From NCBI GenBank assembly GCA_036506395.1, contig DASXRU010000073.1, forward strand, positions 2,960 to 66,959: 64,000 nucleotides of DNA. The letters run 5' to 3'. The DNA comes from Pyrinomonadaceae bacterium (GTDB lineage Bacteria > Acidobacteriota > Blastocatellia > Pyrinomonadales > Pyrinomonadaceae). Under the pieces are notes generated by a model. The model ran no database searches, was not told where the DNA came from, and saw only the letters and a list, made by a program, of their open reading frames with translations. The stretch's first letter is position 1. The number at the start of each line of letters is the position of its first letter. Below are positions 9,124 to 18,236 of the stretch, one piece after another. The translations under genes and the position numbers were made by a program.

Positions 9124-10923
9124 ATGGTGTTCTTTATGAGATTCGTCCTGCTTTTGCTTGTTGCACTAACTACTCTTCCAATCGCGATTGCTCAGACCCA
9201 ACCGCCCACGGATCCTTTGGTGCAAGTATTGGTCACCAAAGGCGTGCTAACAACTGAAGAAGCGCGGTCAATTTCCGACAACGATTCGCCTGCGGAACAA
9301 CGCGATCGGCTGGCGGCGCTGTTGCGAGACAAGGGCGTCATCTCAGCAGCCGAGTTTGAAGCGGTGCGCACTAACACAGGTGTCAGCGCATCTGGCCCAC
9401 CGATATTGAACGCCGATTACAAAACTGAGGCTTCTGCAAAAGCTACCGCGCCGCCACAACCGTCGCCTCCAACTGTTATTGCGGCAGTAGCGCCGGTCCG
9501 TTTGCTTGGCATCGACACGCCAAAACGCGAAGGCCTTATACCAGACATCAAACTTGGCACTGGCGCAAGACTGAAGCTGTACGGAATTTTCAAGACGAGT
9601 ATCATTCACGATTCATCCTCGCCACAGGGAAATGATTTTCCACTGCCTTTGCTGGCCGCCGACACTGGTCCAAATGATTCACCTGAGTTTCACCTGCGCG
9701 CGCGAGGCCTGCGTTTGGGCGCAAACTTCGAGTGGGTTGATCCGGCTCCCAAGATGACTATCACGGGAAAGATTGAGTTCGACTTCGAAGGTGATTTTAC
9801 CCGCGTGAATAACCGCAACATCACTTCGATTCGGTCGAGCCAGCCTTCTATTCGACTGGCCTGGGTGAGGATTGATCGCCGATTCGACGACAACAACAGC
9901 GCCTTTGCTCTGTTTGGACAGGACTGGTCGCCGTTCGTCTCATCGACCATGCCGAACATGATCGAGAACACAAACTTCGGCGGTATCGGCTATGGCGCGG
10001 CCTATACGCGTATCCCACAAGCGCGGTTTGGCTTCAATCACAAGTTTGGTGGTTCACGCGATTTTAGATTTGGCCCCGAGATCGCGATCGTGCTGCCCGC
10101 GTTCGGCGATTTGCCTACGGATGTCGCCAATCAGTTGGCGTTTGGCGAAAGACAGGGAGCCGATTCGCAACAACCAGGTATTCAGGGGAGAGCAGTATTT
10201 CAATGGCAACTCGATAAAGCTGCGAACGTACCGGCTGCGCAGTTCATTGTTAGTTTTGAGCATGCGCGCAGAAGAGCAATCGTGACGGCCGCAAATGTGC
10301 CTGCCGCCTTTAGAGCTGCGTTTCCAAGTGGCGCCGAAGTTGGTAGCAGCAGCCACGGTTTTTCGGTTGAGACACAACTGCCGACGCATTTTGCGACGGT
10401 AGTTGGCAAGTATTACAGCGGCTCCGATCTGAGGTTCTTTCTTGCCGGGCAACTGCTTTCAAATTTCAACGACACTTTCGGATTAACAAGCACGGCTACG
10501 GCCTCTTCGATTGATGGCGCCTCCACAGTTGTTTTCGGCTTGCTCAACGGCGTGCCGGTAGTAGCGCCACAACGACCCGTGCGTGCCCAAGGTGGATTCA
10601 TCCAAGTCGGCTTTCCACTCTCACGCATTTTTGATGCCGATCCAAAAGGACGCAACGCCGGATGGACCGCTTACCTCTATTACGGAGACGATCAGGCGAC
10701 GGCGCGGGATGCGCGACGGTTTGGCGCGCGCGGGGATCGCAGCGATTTGTTCTCCGGAAATATTCAATACAAGTGGAACCAATGGGTGACGTTTGGATAC
10801 GAACAGGGCTACTACCGCACGCGCGCGGATTTTCGCACTGGACTACTTCCGCTGTTTCGCGGCGTCCCGAGTTTCACTACTCACAACATTCGATCGGAGT
10901 TCGCTGCGATCTTTACTTTCTAG
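9124..10923 (+). CDS. Putative outer-membrane beta-barrel porin
   Basis: Signal peptide MRFVLLLLVALTTLPIAIAQ. Duplicated N-terminal motif KGV(L/I)T/S..E. Alternating beta-strand pattern with a terminal aromatic residue (AAIFTF). AAGGAG Shine-Dalgarno sequence 7 nt before the ATG at 9124. Confidence 0.5.
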   Translation: MVFFMRFVLLLLVALTTLPIAIAQTQPPTDPLVQVLVTKGVLTTEEARSISDNDSPAEQRDRLAALLRDKGVISAAEFEAVRTNTGVSASGPPILNADYKTEASAKATAPPQPSPPTVIAAVAPVRLLGIDTPKREGLIPDIKLGTGARLKLYGIFKTSIIHDSSSPQGNDFPLPLLAADTGPNDSPEFHLRARGLRLGANFEWVDPAPKMTITGKIEFDFEGDFTRVNNRNITSIRSSQPSIRLAWVRIDRRFDDNNSAFALFGQDWSPFVSSTMPNMIENTNFGGIGYGAAYTRIPQARFGFNHKFGGSRDFRFGPEIAIVLPAFGDLPTDVANQLAFGERQGADSQQPGIQGRAVFQWQLDKAANVPAAQFIVSFEHARRRAIVTAANVPAAFRAAFPSGAEVGSSSHGFSVETQLPTHFATVVGKYYSGSDLRFFLAGQLLSNFNDTFGLTSTATASSIDGASTVVFGLLNGVPVVAPQRPVRAQGGFIQVGFPLSRIFDADPKGRNAGWTAYLYYGDDQATARDARRFGARGDRSDLFSGNIQYKWNQWVTFGYEQGYYRTRADFRTGLLPLFRGVPSFTTHNIRSEFAAIFTF

Positions 10924-10972
10924 TTGGAAAGGGCGTGCTGCTGTTCGGAGCGCCCTGCCGGAGGGTTCGAAG

Positions 10973-11200
10973 ATGGCACTTAGCTTTGCTACAGACATTC
11001 GACCGCTTTTTCGTGACACGCCCGACGTGGACAGTATGAAGGACATAGGCCTCGACCTTTCCTCTTACGAGGACGTTAAGGCCAGGGCGGAAGGGATCTA
11101 CTCGAGATTGGAAGACGGCAGCATGCCCTGCGATGGCCCCTGGCCTAAAGAGCAGGTGTCGCTGTTCAAACGTTGGATGGATGAAGGAATGCAACCGTGA
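10973..11200 (+). CDS. Small conserved-looking hypothetical protein (75 aa)
   Basis: ATG at 10973 preceded by GGAGGG. The sequence is MALSFATDIRPLFRDTPDVDSMK...LFKRWMDEGMQP. Its stop overlaps the next start (GTGA). Confidence 0.4.
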   Translation: MALSFATDIRPLFRDTPDVDSMKDIGLDLSSYEDVKARAEGIYSRLEDGSMPCDGPWPKEQVSLFKRWMDEGMQP

Positions 11201-11892
11201 CACTTCGCAACTCTATGATGGTTCGACCGACGATCGTCGCCGTTAGCGGATTTTCATCGAATGTTGGCAAGACAACATTGGTGTGCGAACTACTGCGGCA
11301 ACTGCCCGGCTGGGAAGCGATCAAGCTGACTCGTGGTCACTATCGTTCATGTGGCCGCGATCCCGCCGGATGCTGTGTCAGCGATCTACTTCGCGATGAG
11401 CCGGTCATTCGTTCTGGCCGCGACTCCAACTATCAGGCTGGCAAGGACACCGGCCGCTTCTGGGATGCGGGCGCATCGAATGTGCACTGGGTAATCGTCA
11501 AAGACGATCAGGTCGAGCAGGGAATCACTCAGGCACTCGAACGCGTCGAAGCCATGGGAGTAATCGTGGAAGGAAATAGCTTTCTCGAATACATCAAAGC
11601 TGATCTGGCGATCATGTGCGCACGATCGGAAGGCGGAACCATTAAGGCGTCTGCGCGGAAAGCCCTGGCGCGAAGTGATGTCCTGTATTTGTCGTCATTG
11701 GACGCGAGAGCCACAGACGCGAAAGCTGAATTCGACGCATTCTGTGCAGGACTTAAGCTTCCTTTGGACCTAAGCAGATTGCCAGTTGTTACACGTCAGG
11801 ACCTGCAGTGGCTCCAGTCGAGAATCTACCAGCCGTCACAGGTCCCGCAATCTCCCAGACGTGTAGCGCTCGCTGCTGCTTCAAACTTTTAG
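11197..11892 (+). CDS. MobB-like P-loop protein (molybdopterin-guanine dinucleotide biosynthesis adaptor-like)
   Basis: Motifs appear in MobB order: VAVSGFSSNVGKTTL (P-loop), IKLTRGH, GKDTGRFWDAGA and VIVEGNSF. Location in a bis-MGD enzyme operon fits this role. Confidence 0.5.
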   Translation: MTLRNSMMVRPTIVAVSGFSSNVGKTTLVCELLRQLPGWEAIKLTRGHYRSCGRDPAGCCVSDLLRDEPVIRSGRDSNYQAGKDTGRFWDAGASNVHWVIVKDDQVEQGITQALERVEAMGVIVEGNSFLEYIKADLAIMCARSEGGTIKASARKALARSDVLYLSSLDARATDAKAEFDAFCAGLKLPLDLSRLPVVTRQDLQWLQSRIYQPSQVPQSPRRVALAAASNF

Positions 11893-12146
11893 GCAAATGT
11901 TAGTTCGGGGTCTTATCCAGAATGTTCTTGCGTCAATGCTGCTGGCGAGTGGCGCATATGCACAGGAAACGGCAACCGAACGCGGCGCGAGACTGCCGAG
12001 CGCAGTTAGCTGACATACGGCACAGCAGACCCGAAGAAAGCGGCTCGCACGCGCAAGAAATAGAAGCTAACACAGATGCCAAAACAAGCTACGTTTCGGC
12101 AACGCCAGTCATTTCGTAGATTGATAAAAAACTCGGGGAGGTAGGC

Positions 12147-12668
12147 ATGAAAAGACAACTGTTCATATGGCTAACGGCAATAGCGATGGCAACTTCGCTG
12201 TTGACTTACGGAAGTGCTCAGAAGAGCGTGACGGTAGAAATAAGCAACGGGCAGGGCGAGAGCGTCGGTACCGCCAGGATATCGCCCGCAGGCCGAGGCG
12301 TGAGAATCACGCTTAATCTAAAGAATCTTCCGCCGGGCAAGCACGCGATTCACATACATCAAATGGCCAAATGCGAAGGGCCGATGTTCGAAACCGCTGG
12401 GCCGCATTTCAACCCGGCTGGTAAACAGCATGGCTTGAAGAACCCCATGGGACCACACGCCGGCGACATGAATAACTTCATAGTGCGCGCAAACGGCACT
12501 GCCCGCCTGACGATAACTGATGCCCGCGTGAATCTGGGAACTGGCGCGTACTCGTTGTTCACCGATGGGGGCACGTCCCTTGTTATTCACGCCAAGGCCG
12601 ATGACATGAAAACCGATCCATCTGGAAATTCGGGTGATCGAATCGCTTGTGGCGTGATCGCGAAATAG
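12147..12668 (+). CDS. sodC: Periplasmic Cu/Zn superoxide dismutase
   Basis: Signal peptide. Motifs HAIHIHQ, GPHFNP, GPHAGDM and [12 protein letters not shown]. Confidence 0.9.
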   Translation: MKRQLFIWLTAIAMATSLLTYGSAQKSVTVEISNGQGESVGTARISPAGRGVRITLNLKNLPPGKHAIHIHQMAKCEGPMFETAGPHFNPAGKQHGLKNPMGPHAGDMNNFIVRANGTARLTITDARVNLGTGAYSLFTDGGTSLVIHAKADDMKTDPSGNSGDRIACGVIAK

Positions 12669-13110
12669 GTTTGAAAATGTCGACGAATGGGCGCTTCTGC
12701 AGATTGCGTTCTAAAGTTGTGTGACTGCTCGAGCGTTAACTTAGTAAAATAAGTTTTGCGTCGGCAATCGGCCAATGCTAGAAAAAATCAAGTGAGCAAT
12801 TTACTTGTAGCGGTGATGCTCGACCTATATCGGCACAATTGCACGAGCATTGATGACCACTTGACTGCCACAATCAAACTACGTCAGTACTCAATAATTC
12901 AAAGATTATCCGGAAAAATCATGCTGACAGCGCTCGCTTCGACCACGTAGTGTGAATTATATGGCGTCTGCCCCCCGAACGGCCGCGTTTATATGAAGAC
13001 TTACTCTGAAACGATAAAGGCACATTCGTGTGTGCGAGGGCCGCAAAGCCAACGGAGGTCTAAGTAGAAGCTGAATAATGCGGCGTCACTGTAAACAACA
13101 GTCAACGTAG

Positions 13111-13146
13111 AAAAGGCAGCACCAGTCCGCTGGTACTGCCTTTTTA
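13111..13146. terminator. Hairpin flanked by A-run and T-run (possible bidirectional terminator)
   Basis: AAAGGCAG(13112-13119)...CTGCCTTT(13136-13143) followed by TTT. It lies 35 nt beyond the stop of the minus-strand gene that ends at 13180. Confidence 0.45.
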
Positions 13147-13179
13147 CAGCTTCCGAAACTACCGGAAGGGAAAATGGGG

Positions 13180-14202
13180 TTATTCCTCCGGTGCCGGGCA
13201 CTCGAACTGCGCGCGCTCTGAATCAAGGTCGTTCGTGATGGCGACGCAGTCTCCTTCTCCGCCGCACAGAAACTCTTCTGCCGCGGCAAGGTTCTCCGCA
13301 GTCAAGTCTATGTACTCCTGACTGGCGCCGTTCGCGATATTCAGCCTGGCAACGATGACCTGGTGCAAGAGGGCCGTGGTGCAGTCGCCTTCACCCGGCG
13401 TTGTGAGAAGGATAGCCTCCAACTGCTCGGCAGTGTAAGAGGTGCAACCGACGGTCAACCCGCTCTCCAGAACGCTCTCGGGCCAGGCGTCCTCCTGGCA
13501 ACCTTCACCCAAGGTGCAGAACATTGAGTGGGTCGCCCAGAAGTCCAGACTCTTGACGTTGGGATCGCATGCGATGGGGCAGTCTAAGGTGGAACAGGTC
13601 AAATTCGCCGTGAAGTCGCTCCGCTGTCGCGTGCTGTTGGCGTGAGCAAAGGCACGGAACACGTAGTTGTGACCGCATAAGAGCTTCACATCCGGGCAAT
13701 CAGTGGACACCCCGCTATCGAGCAGGAGGTCGCCGATCCGGACGGTGACCGATTGGCCTGCCGCGAGGTTGTAGTTCGAGAAGTCGGCATTGCCAGAGAA
13801 CGACGCCTTGCAGAGAGACTCACCGCAGGTCGGACCGCCGTTTATATCGGGTGGACAGCTTGAATCAGCCGGCCATCCGAATTGTTCGTAATCGCCTGTT
13901 GTCTGCCACTGTATGGTGAACCCGGCGGGCGCGCCGGTGGGAGACCCGGCCGTGACGTTGATGTCAATGTAGTCCTGGCCCGCACCTCCGCACGAGATGA
14001 TCGGCGTGGACATCTTTGGCTTGCCTGCGGCGGAACCAGGCGTGCTGATGAGAAACATCGCAGCAACCGCAATCACAGCAAACCCAAGTATCGCGAAGGC
14101 AAGTGTCTCGCGTCTACAGTATTTCTTGATAGTCTTACTCACGACTTTTCTTTCTCCTCTCTTCAGAACCGGTTTATTCCGCTCGGTTAAACCCATAACC
14201 AC
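13180..14202 (-). CDS. Cys-rich membrane-anchored/exported hypothetical protein
   Basis: 340-aa ORF. Basic N-terminus followed by the TM segment LAFAILGFAVIAVAAMFLI. More than 20 Cys residues in the extracytoplasmic part. I recognise no family. Confidence 0.5.
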   Translation of the reverse strand: MVMGLTERNKPVLKRGERKVVSKTIKKYCRRETLAFAILGFAVIAVAAMFLISTPGSAAGKPKMSTPIISCGGAGQDYIDINVTAGSPTGAPAGFTIQWQTTGDYEQFGWPADSSCPPDINGGPTCGESLCKASFSGNADFSNYNLAAGQSVTVRIGDLLLDSGVSTDCPDVKLLCGHNYVFRAFAHANSTRQRSDFTANLTCSTLDCPIACDPNVKSLDFWATHSMFCTLGEGCQEDAWPESVLESGLTVGCTSYTAEQLEAILLTTPGEGDCTTALLHQVIVARLNIANGASQEYIDLTAENLAAAEEFLCGGEGDCVAITNDLDSERAQFECPAPEE

Positions 14203-15267
14203 CGGCTAAACCGGAGGGTCATTTGCGGCTGAAGCTTATACTGAAACCTTAAAAGCGAAGAGGCATCCCGGCTAGCGGGCCGGCTCTGAGGACTAAGGTT
14301 CAGCACGCCTTAATTCTCAACTGGCGGTCATGTCTTAGTTAGAGGTAACGCGAACTGTCATTTTGCGGATGAGAGAACCAAGACCCCTCCCAGTCTACGA
14401 TCCTGCTCTCGCAGCGAAATATTGGTTATCGCCCCTAATAGATCTAATCGATAAACTGCTCAATGGCACTGGATCAACCACAAAATAATCGCGGCGTCCG
14501 TGCCGGCGCGTGGATATTTCTAGTAGTCGGGAAACCGGCACATCTTGCGCTGAAGCCACGGTTTTGTAAAGGCCTTGAGCCGTATCTTCCGCTTTCAAAA
14601 GTCTAAGAACTTCTCGTCGTTTTTCTTCGTGTCAAAGCAATGAACTCAGGCAGTGTTTTTTGGAGCTCCTAGTGCTAATCATGTGCCGCCACTGCCTACT
14701 GCCGCACAGGCCAAAGGCCGAACCGCCTTCCAAAAAACGAAGTCAACACCAGAGTCAAAAGAGCAGTTACGAAAGCTGCGAGTCGTTTTCTTTTCAGTCT
14801 TGGGAAAGGGGCCGGTAGCAATTCTCATTCGGTTGCGACACTGTGCAGTTGAGCGCTCAGCCTCGCATTTTCGCGGACACCGTGCGCCGTGGAGTGCTAT
14901 TCCTGAAGATGCGATCTGTGTAGCGTGCGCCGTGGATGGCAGTGCACACCTTCCGACTGCAAAAGGATTCTCATTTTGAGTTGAAAGATGCGTGGTCAAA
15001 GCGAGGGGTTTTTGAGTTGATTCTGCTAACAAGAATCACGCGCGATAGCCGAAAAAATTGTGGAGAAATTGTGGGGCAATTAACAGAAACCCACACAATC
15101 TGGCGTATACTGGCGCAGTAGCTAACGGGTGCAACTATACACGCCACACCAGGCGCATACTTTCAAGGCCGGGTTCGAGCGCCGTCGCCCGCTCCAGGCT
15201 CCTTCGAAAACAGGGAGCTGCATGGTCCGGTGGTCGAGACCATGTCGATGGTTAATGGAGACAAACC

Positions 15268-15960
15268 ATGAAAACGCTGATGCTTTTGCCGGTTCTCCTG
15301 GCGCTTTCTGTTCCAGGTCAGACCCCGGCTCCCGCCGAATCTTTCCCGGTGACGGTACTCAGCTCCAGGTGGTTCAAGAGCCGGCAGACAATCGAGAAGC
15401 CAGACTCCACCGGAAGCGTACCCGCTGGGGCCATGATACAAGCCAATAAGGCCTGGGAACGAAACCGAAGATCGGACGCTCCTAGGGCGGGAGAGCCCGA
15501 TCCAAATGTCGATAGCATGGACGGGCGTAGAGCAGCGATGGAGAAGAGCGTGCAGGAATCGCGCGGGCCCAAACCGGCAGATGGCTTTGCGTACCGGGCC
15601 AAAATCAAGAACGCGAGCACCAAAACTATAGAAGTCCTGTTCTGGGAATATCAATTCATGCCCTCGGCGAACCCAACAACTGTTTCGCATCGCCAGTTTC
15701 TTTGTGGCGTCAATATCAAGCCCCAGAAAGACATTGATGTGCAGGGGTTCAGCTTGTCCGGTCCCGGCGACGTGATCAATGTGGGAAGCGTGGCTAACGA
15801 GTCCCGAAATGGTTTGCAGGAGAGGGTTGTGATCAATCGCGTCGAATACTCGGACGGAACAATCTGGCAGCGGAAGGACTGGAATTTTGGCGAGGTGAAG
15901 TTAAGTGTTGCTCGTGCCCTTCAAGGAGCCTGGGCGCCAGGTATGTGCAAAGGCCTTTGA
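15268..15960 (+). CDS. Secreted hypothetical protein
   Basis: Signal peptide MKTLMLLPVLLALSVPGQT. Coding-like composition. No recognisable motif. Confidence 0.5.
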   Translation: MKTLMLLPVLLALSVPGQTPAPAESFPVTVLSSRWFKSRQTIEKPDSTGSVPAGAMIQANKAWERNRRSDAPRAGEPDPNVDSMDGRRAAMEKSVQESRGPKPADGFAYRAKIKNASTKTIEVLFWEYQFMPSANPTTVSHRQFLCGVNIKPQKDIDVQGFSLSGPGDVINVGSVANESRNGLQERVVINRVEYSDGTIWQRKDWNFGEVKLSVARALQGAWAPGMCKGL

Positions 15961-15996
15961 AACTTCGAGCGGGCCAGGATTTAGAAGGAAGGACTT

Positions 15997-16620
15997 ATGA
16001 ATACCAGACTCATGATAACCGCGGGCGCTCTCGTGTTGCTGATCGCCATCACAGGCATGGCCCAGGACCGCGCGACGGGAAGTATTAAAGGAAAAGTTCG
16101 CGTCGAGAAGGGAACGCCGGAAGGGGTTGTGGTTGTGCTGCGGCAGGGTGAACGCGAAATCAGCCGCACCACTGCCGGCAAGAAAGGCGATTTCGTGATT
16201 CCACGTATCGCGCCGGGAACTTATGGCGTCAGTTTTCGCAAGCCTGGACTGAGCGTCGGGTCGATTGACAATATTGAAGTGCGCGCCGGCAAGACGCGTT
16301 CCCTGGGTGATCGGCTGATCCTCTCGATTGACGAAGGCTCAATCGCTTTCATCCGAGGCAGCGTATTCACGGAAGCGGGCCGTAGCGCGCCGGGCGTGCG
16401 GGTCGAGCTGGCAAGAGTTTTGGGTGATGGCTCAGTGAAAAAGCTGGATGCGCGAATGACGAATGAAACTGGCCAGTTTGTTTTTCGCCTGACACCCGAG
16501 GTTGCGACGTATCGGCTGACACTGAAAGCTGATGGGGCCCAGCCGGCGAGCCAGGATGTCGAGGTGGACGGCGCGGCGGTGTATCGTCGAGCGCTTACCC
16601 TCAAACCTGCGACGAATTAG
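15997..16620 (+). CDS. Carboxypeptidase-regulatory-like domain protein (secreted)
   Basis: Signal peptide. GSIKGKVRVEKGTPEGVVVVL...GDFVIPRIAPGTYGVSF, and a second similar domain. Confidence 0.6.
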   Translation: MNTRLMITAGALVLLIAITGMAQDRATGSIKGKVRVEKGTPEGVVVVLRQGEREISRTTAGKKGDFVIPRIAPGTYGVSFRKPGLSVGSIDNIEVRAGKTRSLGDRLILSIDEGSIAFIRGSVFTEAGRSAPGVRVELARVLGDGSVKKLDARMTNETGQFVFRLTPEVATYRLTLKADGAQPASQDVEVDGAAVYRRALTLKPATN

Positions 16621-16638
16621 GTTCGACAACATTCCAAA

Positions 16639-16881
16639 ATGTCCGAGCGGGAAGAATTCCTGACTGCGCGGCAGCTTGCCGAGATTCTTCAGGTGAGCGA
16701 GTCAACCGTGCGCCGGCTGGCGCAAAAGCGCCGCATCCCTTCCGTTCGTCTAACACCCCGCCTGACTCGTTTTCACCTTGACGCTGTGCGCGAGGCGCTC
16801 GATGTCCCGCGCGTGCGCGTGCCGGGTGATGAGCGAGTGGACGATTCGCAGATGTCCTTCGAAGATTTGCTTTCCAGCTGA
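16639..16881 (+). CDS. Excisionase/MerR-like helix-turn-helix DNA-binding protein
   Basis: FLTARQLAEILQVSESTVRRLAQKRRIPSVRL is typical of the HTH_17/excisionase family. Confidence 0.6.
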   Translation: MSEREEFLTARQLAEILQVSESTVRRLAQKRRIPSVRLTPRLTRFHLDAVREALDVPRVRVPGDERVDDSQMSFEDLLSS

Positions 16882-16911
16882 CGGATGTTCGACAAACCAG
16901 AGTCGTCGAAA

Positions 16912-17466
16912 TCATTTCGCCGGTCGCGGCAGGCGTGAAACGTTAACCTCGATCCAACGGCCATTCTGCTTGACGTAAACCCGCGGCGGTCTAATAGAAA
17001 ACTTTCTCCCGAACGCGGGATTCGTAGACAGAAAGCGCCGAACTGTCTGGTTGTCCCCGGTTGCTACTCGCCAGCTGTTATCCTCGCGAACCAGATACTG
17101 TTGCACCACGATTTTCCCCTCGGCGGGGATGGGTCGCAGCACGCTCCCGTACATCACCGTATCGACGACGGCCAAGTTGTTCGAAATGTGCACTGCGCCA
17201 ATGTCCAATCGATTGAGCTGGTACATGTCGCGCGTTCTTTGCAGGGTGGAGGTGAAGCGTTCGCGCGAGATGCGCGCGCGAGAACTCGAGGGCAGAATTT
17301 CGTAAAGCGAGGTGTACTGACCCGCCTTCAATTGGTCGAACACTCGCTGGACCACGGCGCGCACATCGCTTTCCTGCGTCATGGCGCCTGTCCCTGTCGC
17401 GAATGAAACCAACAACAAGAACGCTGCCGCGACGACGGTTAGTGTTATCGCAGTTCTAATCTTCAT
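16912..17466 (-). CDS. Secreted hypothetical protein
   Basis: The ATG at 17466 gives the signal peptide MKIRTAITLTVVAAAFLLLVSFA. No recognisable family. Confidence 0.5.
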   Translation of the reverse strand: MKIRTAITLTVVAAAFLLLVSFATGTGAMTQESDVRAVVQRVFDQLKAGQYTSLYEILPSSSRARISRERFTSTLQRTRDMYQLNRLDIGAVHISNNLAVVDTVMYGSVLRPIPAEGKIVVQQYLVREDNSWRVATGDNQTVRRFLSTNPAFGRKFSIRPPRVYVKQNGRWIEVNVSRLPRPAK

Positions 17467-17668
17467 CGCTATCCTCAGAATCACCGGCGCCTTTTTCAGT
17501 TGCCTCCGCATCAGCATTACTCCGACTCAAGCGGAGGCGAAAGCCGACAAACCACGCCACTGCTCCCAGGACTCCGATGACAAAAGCCGCGTCCGTTTTA
17601 CCATTCCAGAGGGCTATGGCAGATGAAATCAAAAGCAAAAAGGCGAGGATGGTGCAGATTTGTTCCAA
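17456..17668 (-). CDS. Small two-TM membrane protein with acidic tail
   Basis: 70-aa ORF with two hydrophobic segments. It overlaps the next gene's start by 11 nt. Confidence 0.35.
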   Translation of the reverse strand: MEQICTILAFLLLISSAIALWNGKTDAAFVIGVLGAVAWFVGFRLRLSRSNADAEATEKGAGDSEDSDED

Positions 17669-17678
17669 GTGCTATCCG

Positions 17679-18236
17679 TTATTTAACCGTCAAATGCAGG
17701 TCTGAGTTGATGGCTGCGGGGGCGTAGCAAGTCGAATCGTCGCAGGCCTGGACGTGCAGTATCAACCCGATTACCCGTGCGCCCTTAGCCGCATCGCCGC
17801 TAGCTTGCAATGGCAGTTTGATTGTAGCGTCGCCTTCATAAACTGACAGCGGTTTCTCAGCGAAGCTGAATTTCTTAGTAACCGGCGTGGGATAGATCGG
17901 TTTGCCGGTGGTGATGCCCTTGCTTGGCCCAGCTTCGACCGCGGTCGCGATCAGGTAAGGAAACGTCGGCGGATTCGCATTGATGTGATAGCCCTCGGAA
18001 ATTGCCATTCGCACCTCCGCCTCAGCCGAGCCGCCGGCCGCGATTTCAATGTTCGGGGCCGCTGCCTTTACGACATCGGCGGATGAGACCTTGCGGGAAA
18101 TGGCCGGCATCACGACGGGACTGGCTGTTGCCGGCACTACATTAGAGGATGGTTTCGGTTCGCCGCCGCAGGCCGCGCAAATTAGCGGCAAGCCAAACAT
18201 TATCCCTTTGAGTTTCGTTATGTAGCCTCGATTCAT
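17679..18236 (-). CDS. Lipoprotein with DsbD-N/DsbC-like thiol:disulfide interchange N-terminal domain
   Basis: Lipobox LICAACG. The pattern GYHINANPP...YPTPV...VYEGDATI...HVQACDDSTCYAP matches the DsbD N-terminal family as I recall it. Confidence 0.5.
   Translation of the reverse strand: MNRGYITKLKGIMFGLPLICAACGGEPKPSSNVVPATASPVVMPAISRKVSSADVVKAAAPNIEIAAGGSAEAEVRMAISEGYHINANPPTFPYLIATAVEAGPSKGITTGKPIYPTPVTKKFSFAEKPLSVYEGDATIKLPLQASGDAAKGARVIGLILHVQACDDSTCYAPAAINSDLHLTVK

Noticed and set aside
14395-14598. 67-aa minus-strand ORF containing ...LLEISTRRHGRRDY..., vaguely like the C-terminal end of ParE/RelE toxins. A possible toxin-antitoxin remnant in the long non-coding tract.
   Set aside because: The similarity rests on about six residues only. 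There is no antitoxin partner ORF and the length context is wrong. It is too weak to call without a search.
15150-15215. GGGTTCGAGCGCC...CGCTCCA, superficially like a tRNA/tmRNA T-arm and acceptor end.
   Set aside because: The flanking bases do not form the required T-stem or acceptor stem, and no D or anticodon arms can be drawn. No tRNA or tmRNA is called.
15163-15690. 175-aa minus-strand ORF overlapping 15268..15960.
   Set aside because: The plus-strand ORF has a clean signal peptide and a start context. The minus-strand ORF is Arg/Pro/Gly-rich with no features.
16639-16881. The excisionase-type HTH gene as a marker of an integrated prophage or ICE.
   Set aside because: There is no integrase, no att-like tRNA target, and no phage or conjugation genes nearby. 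Stand-alone HTH_17 regulators are common.
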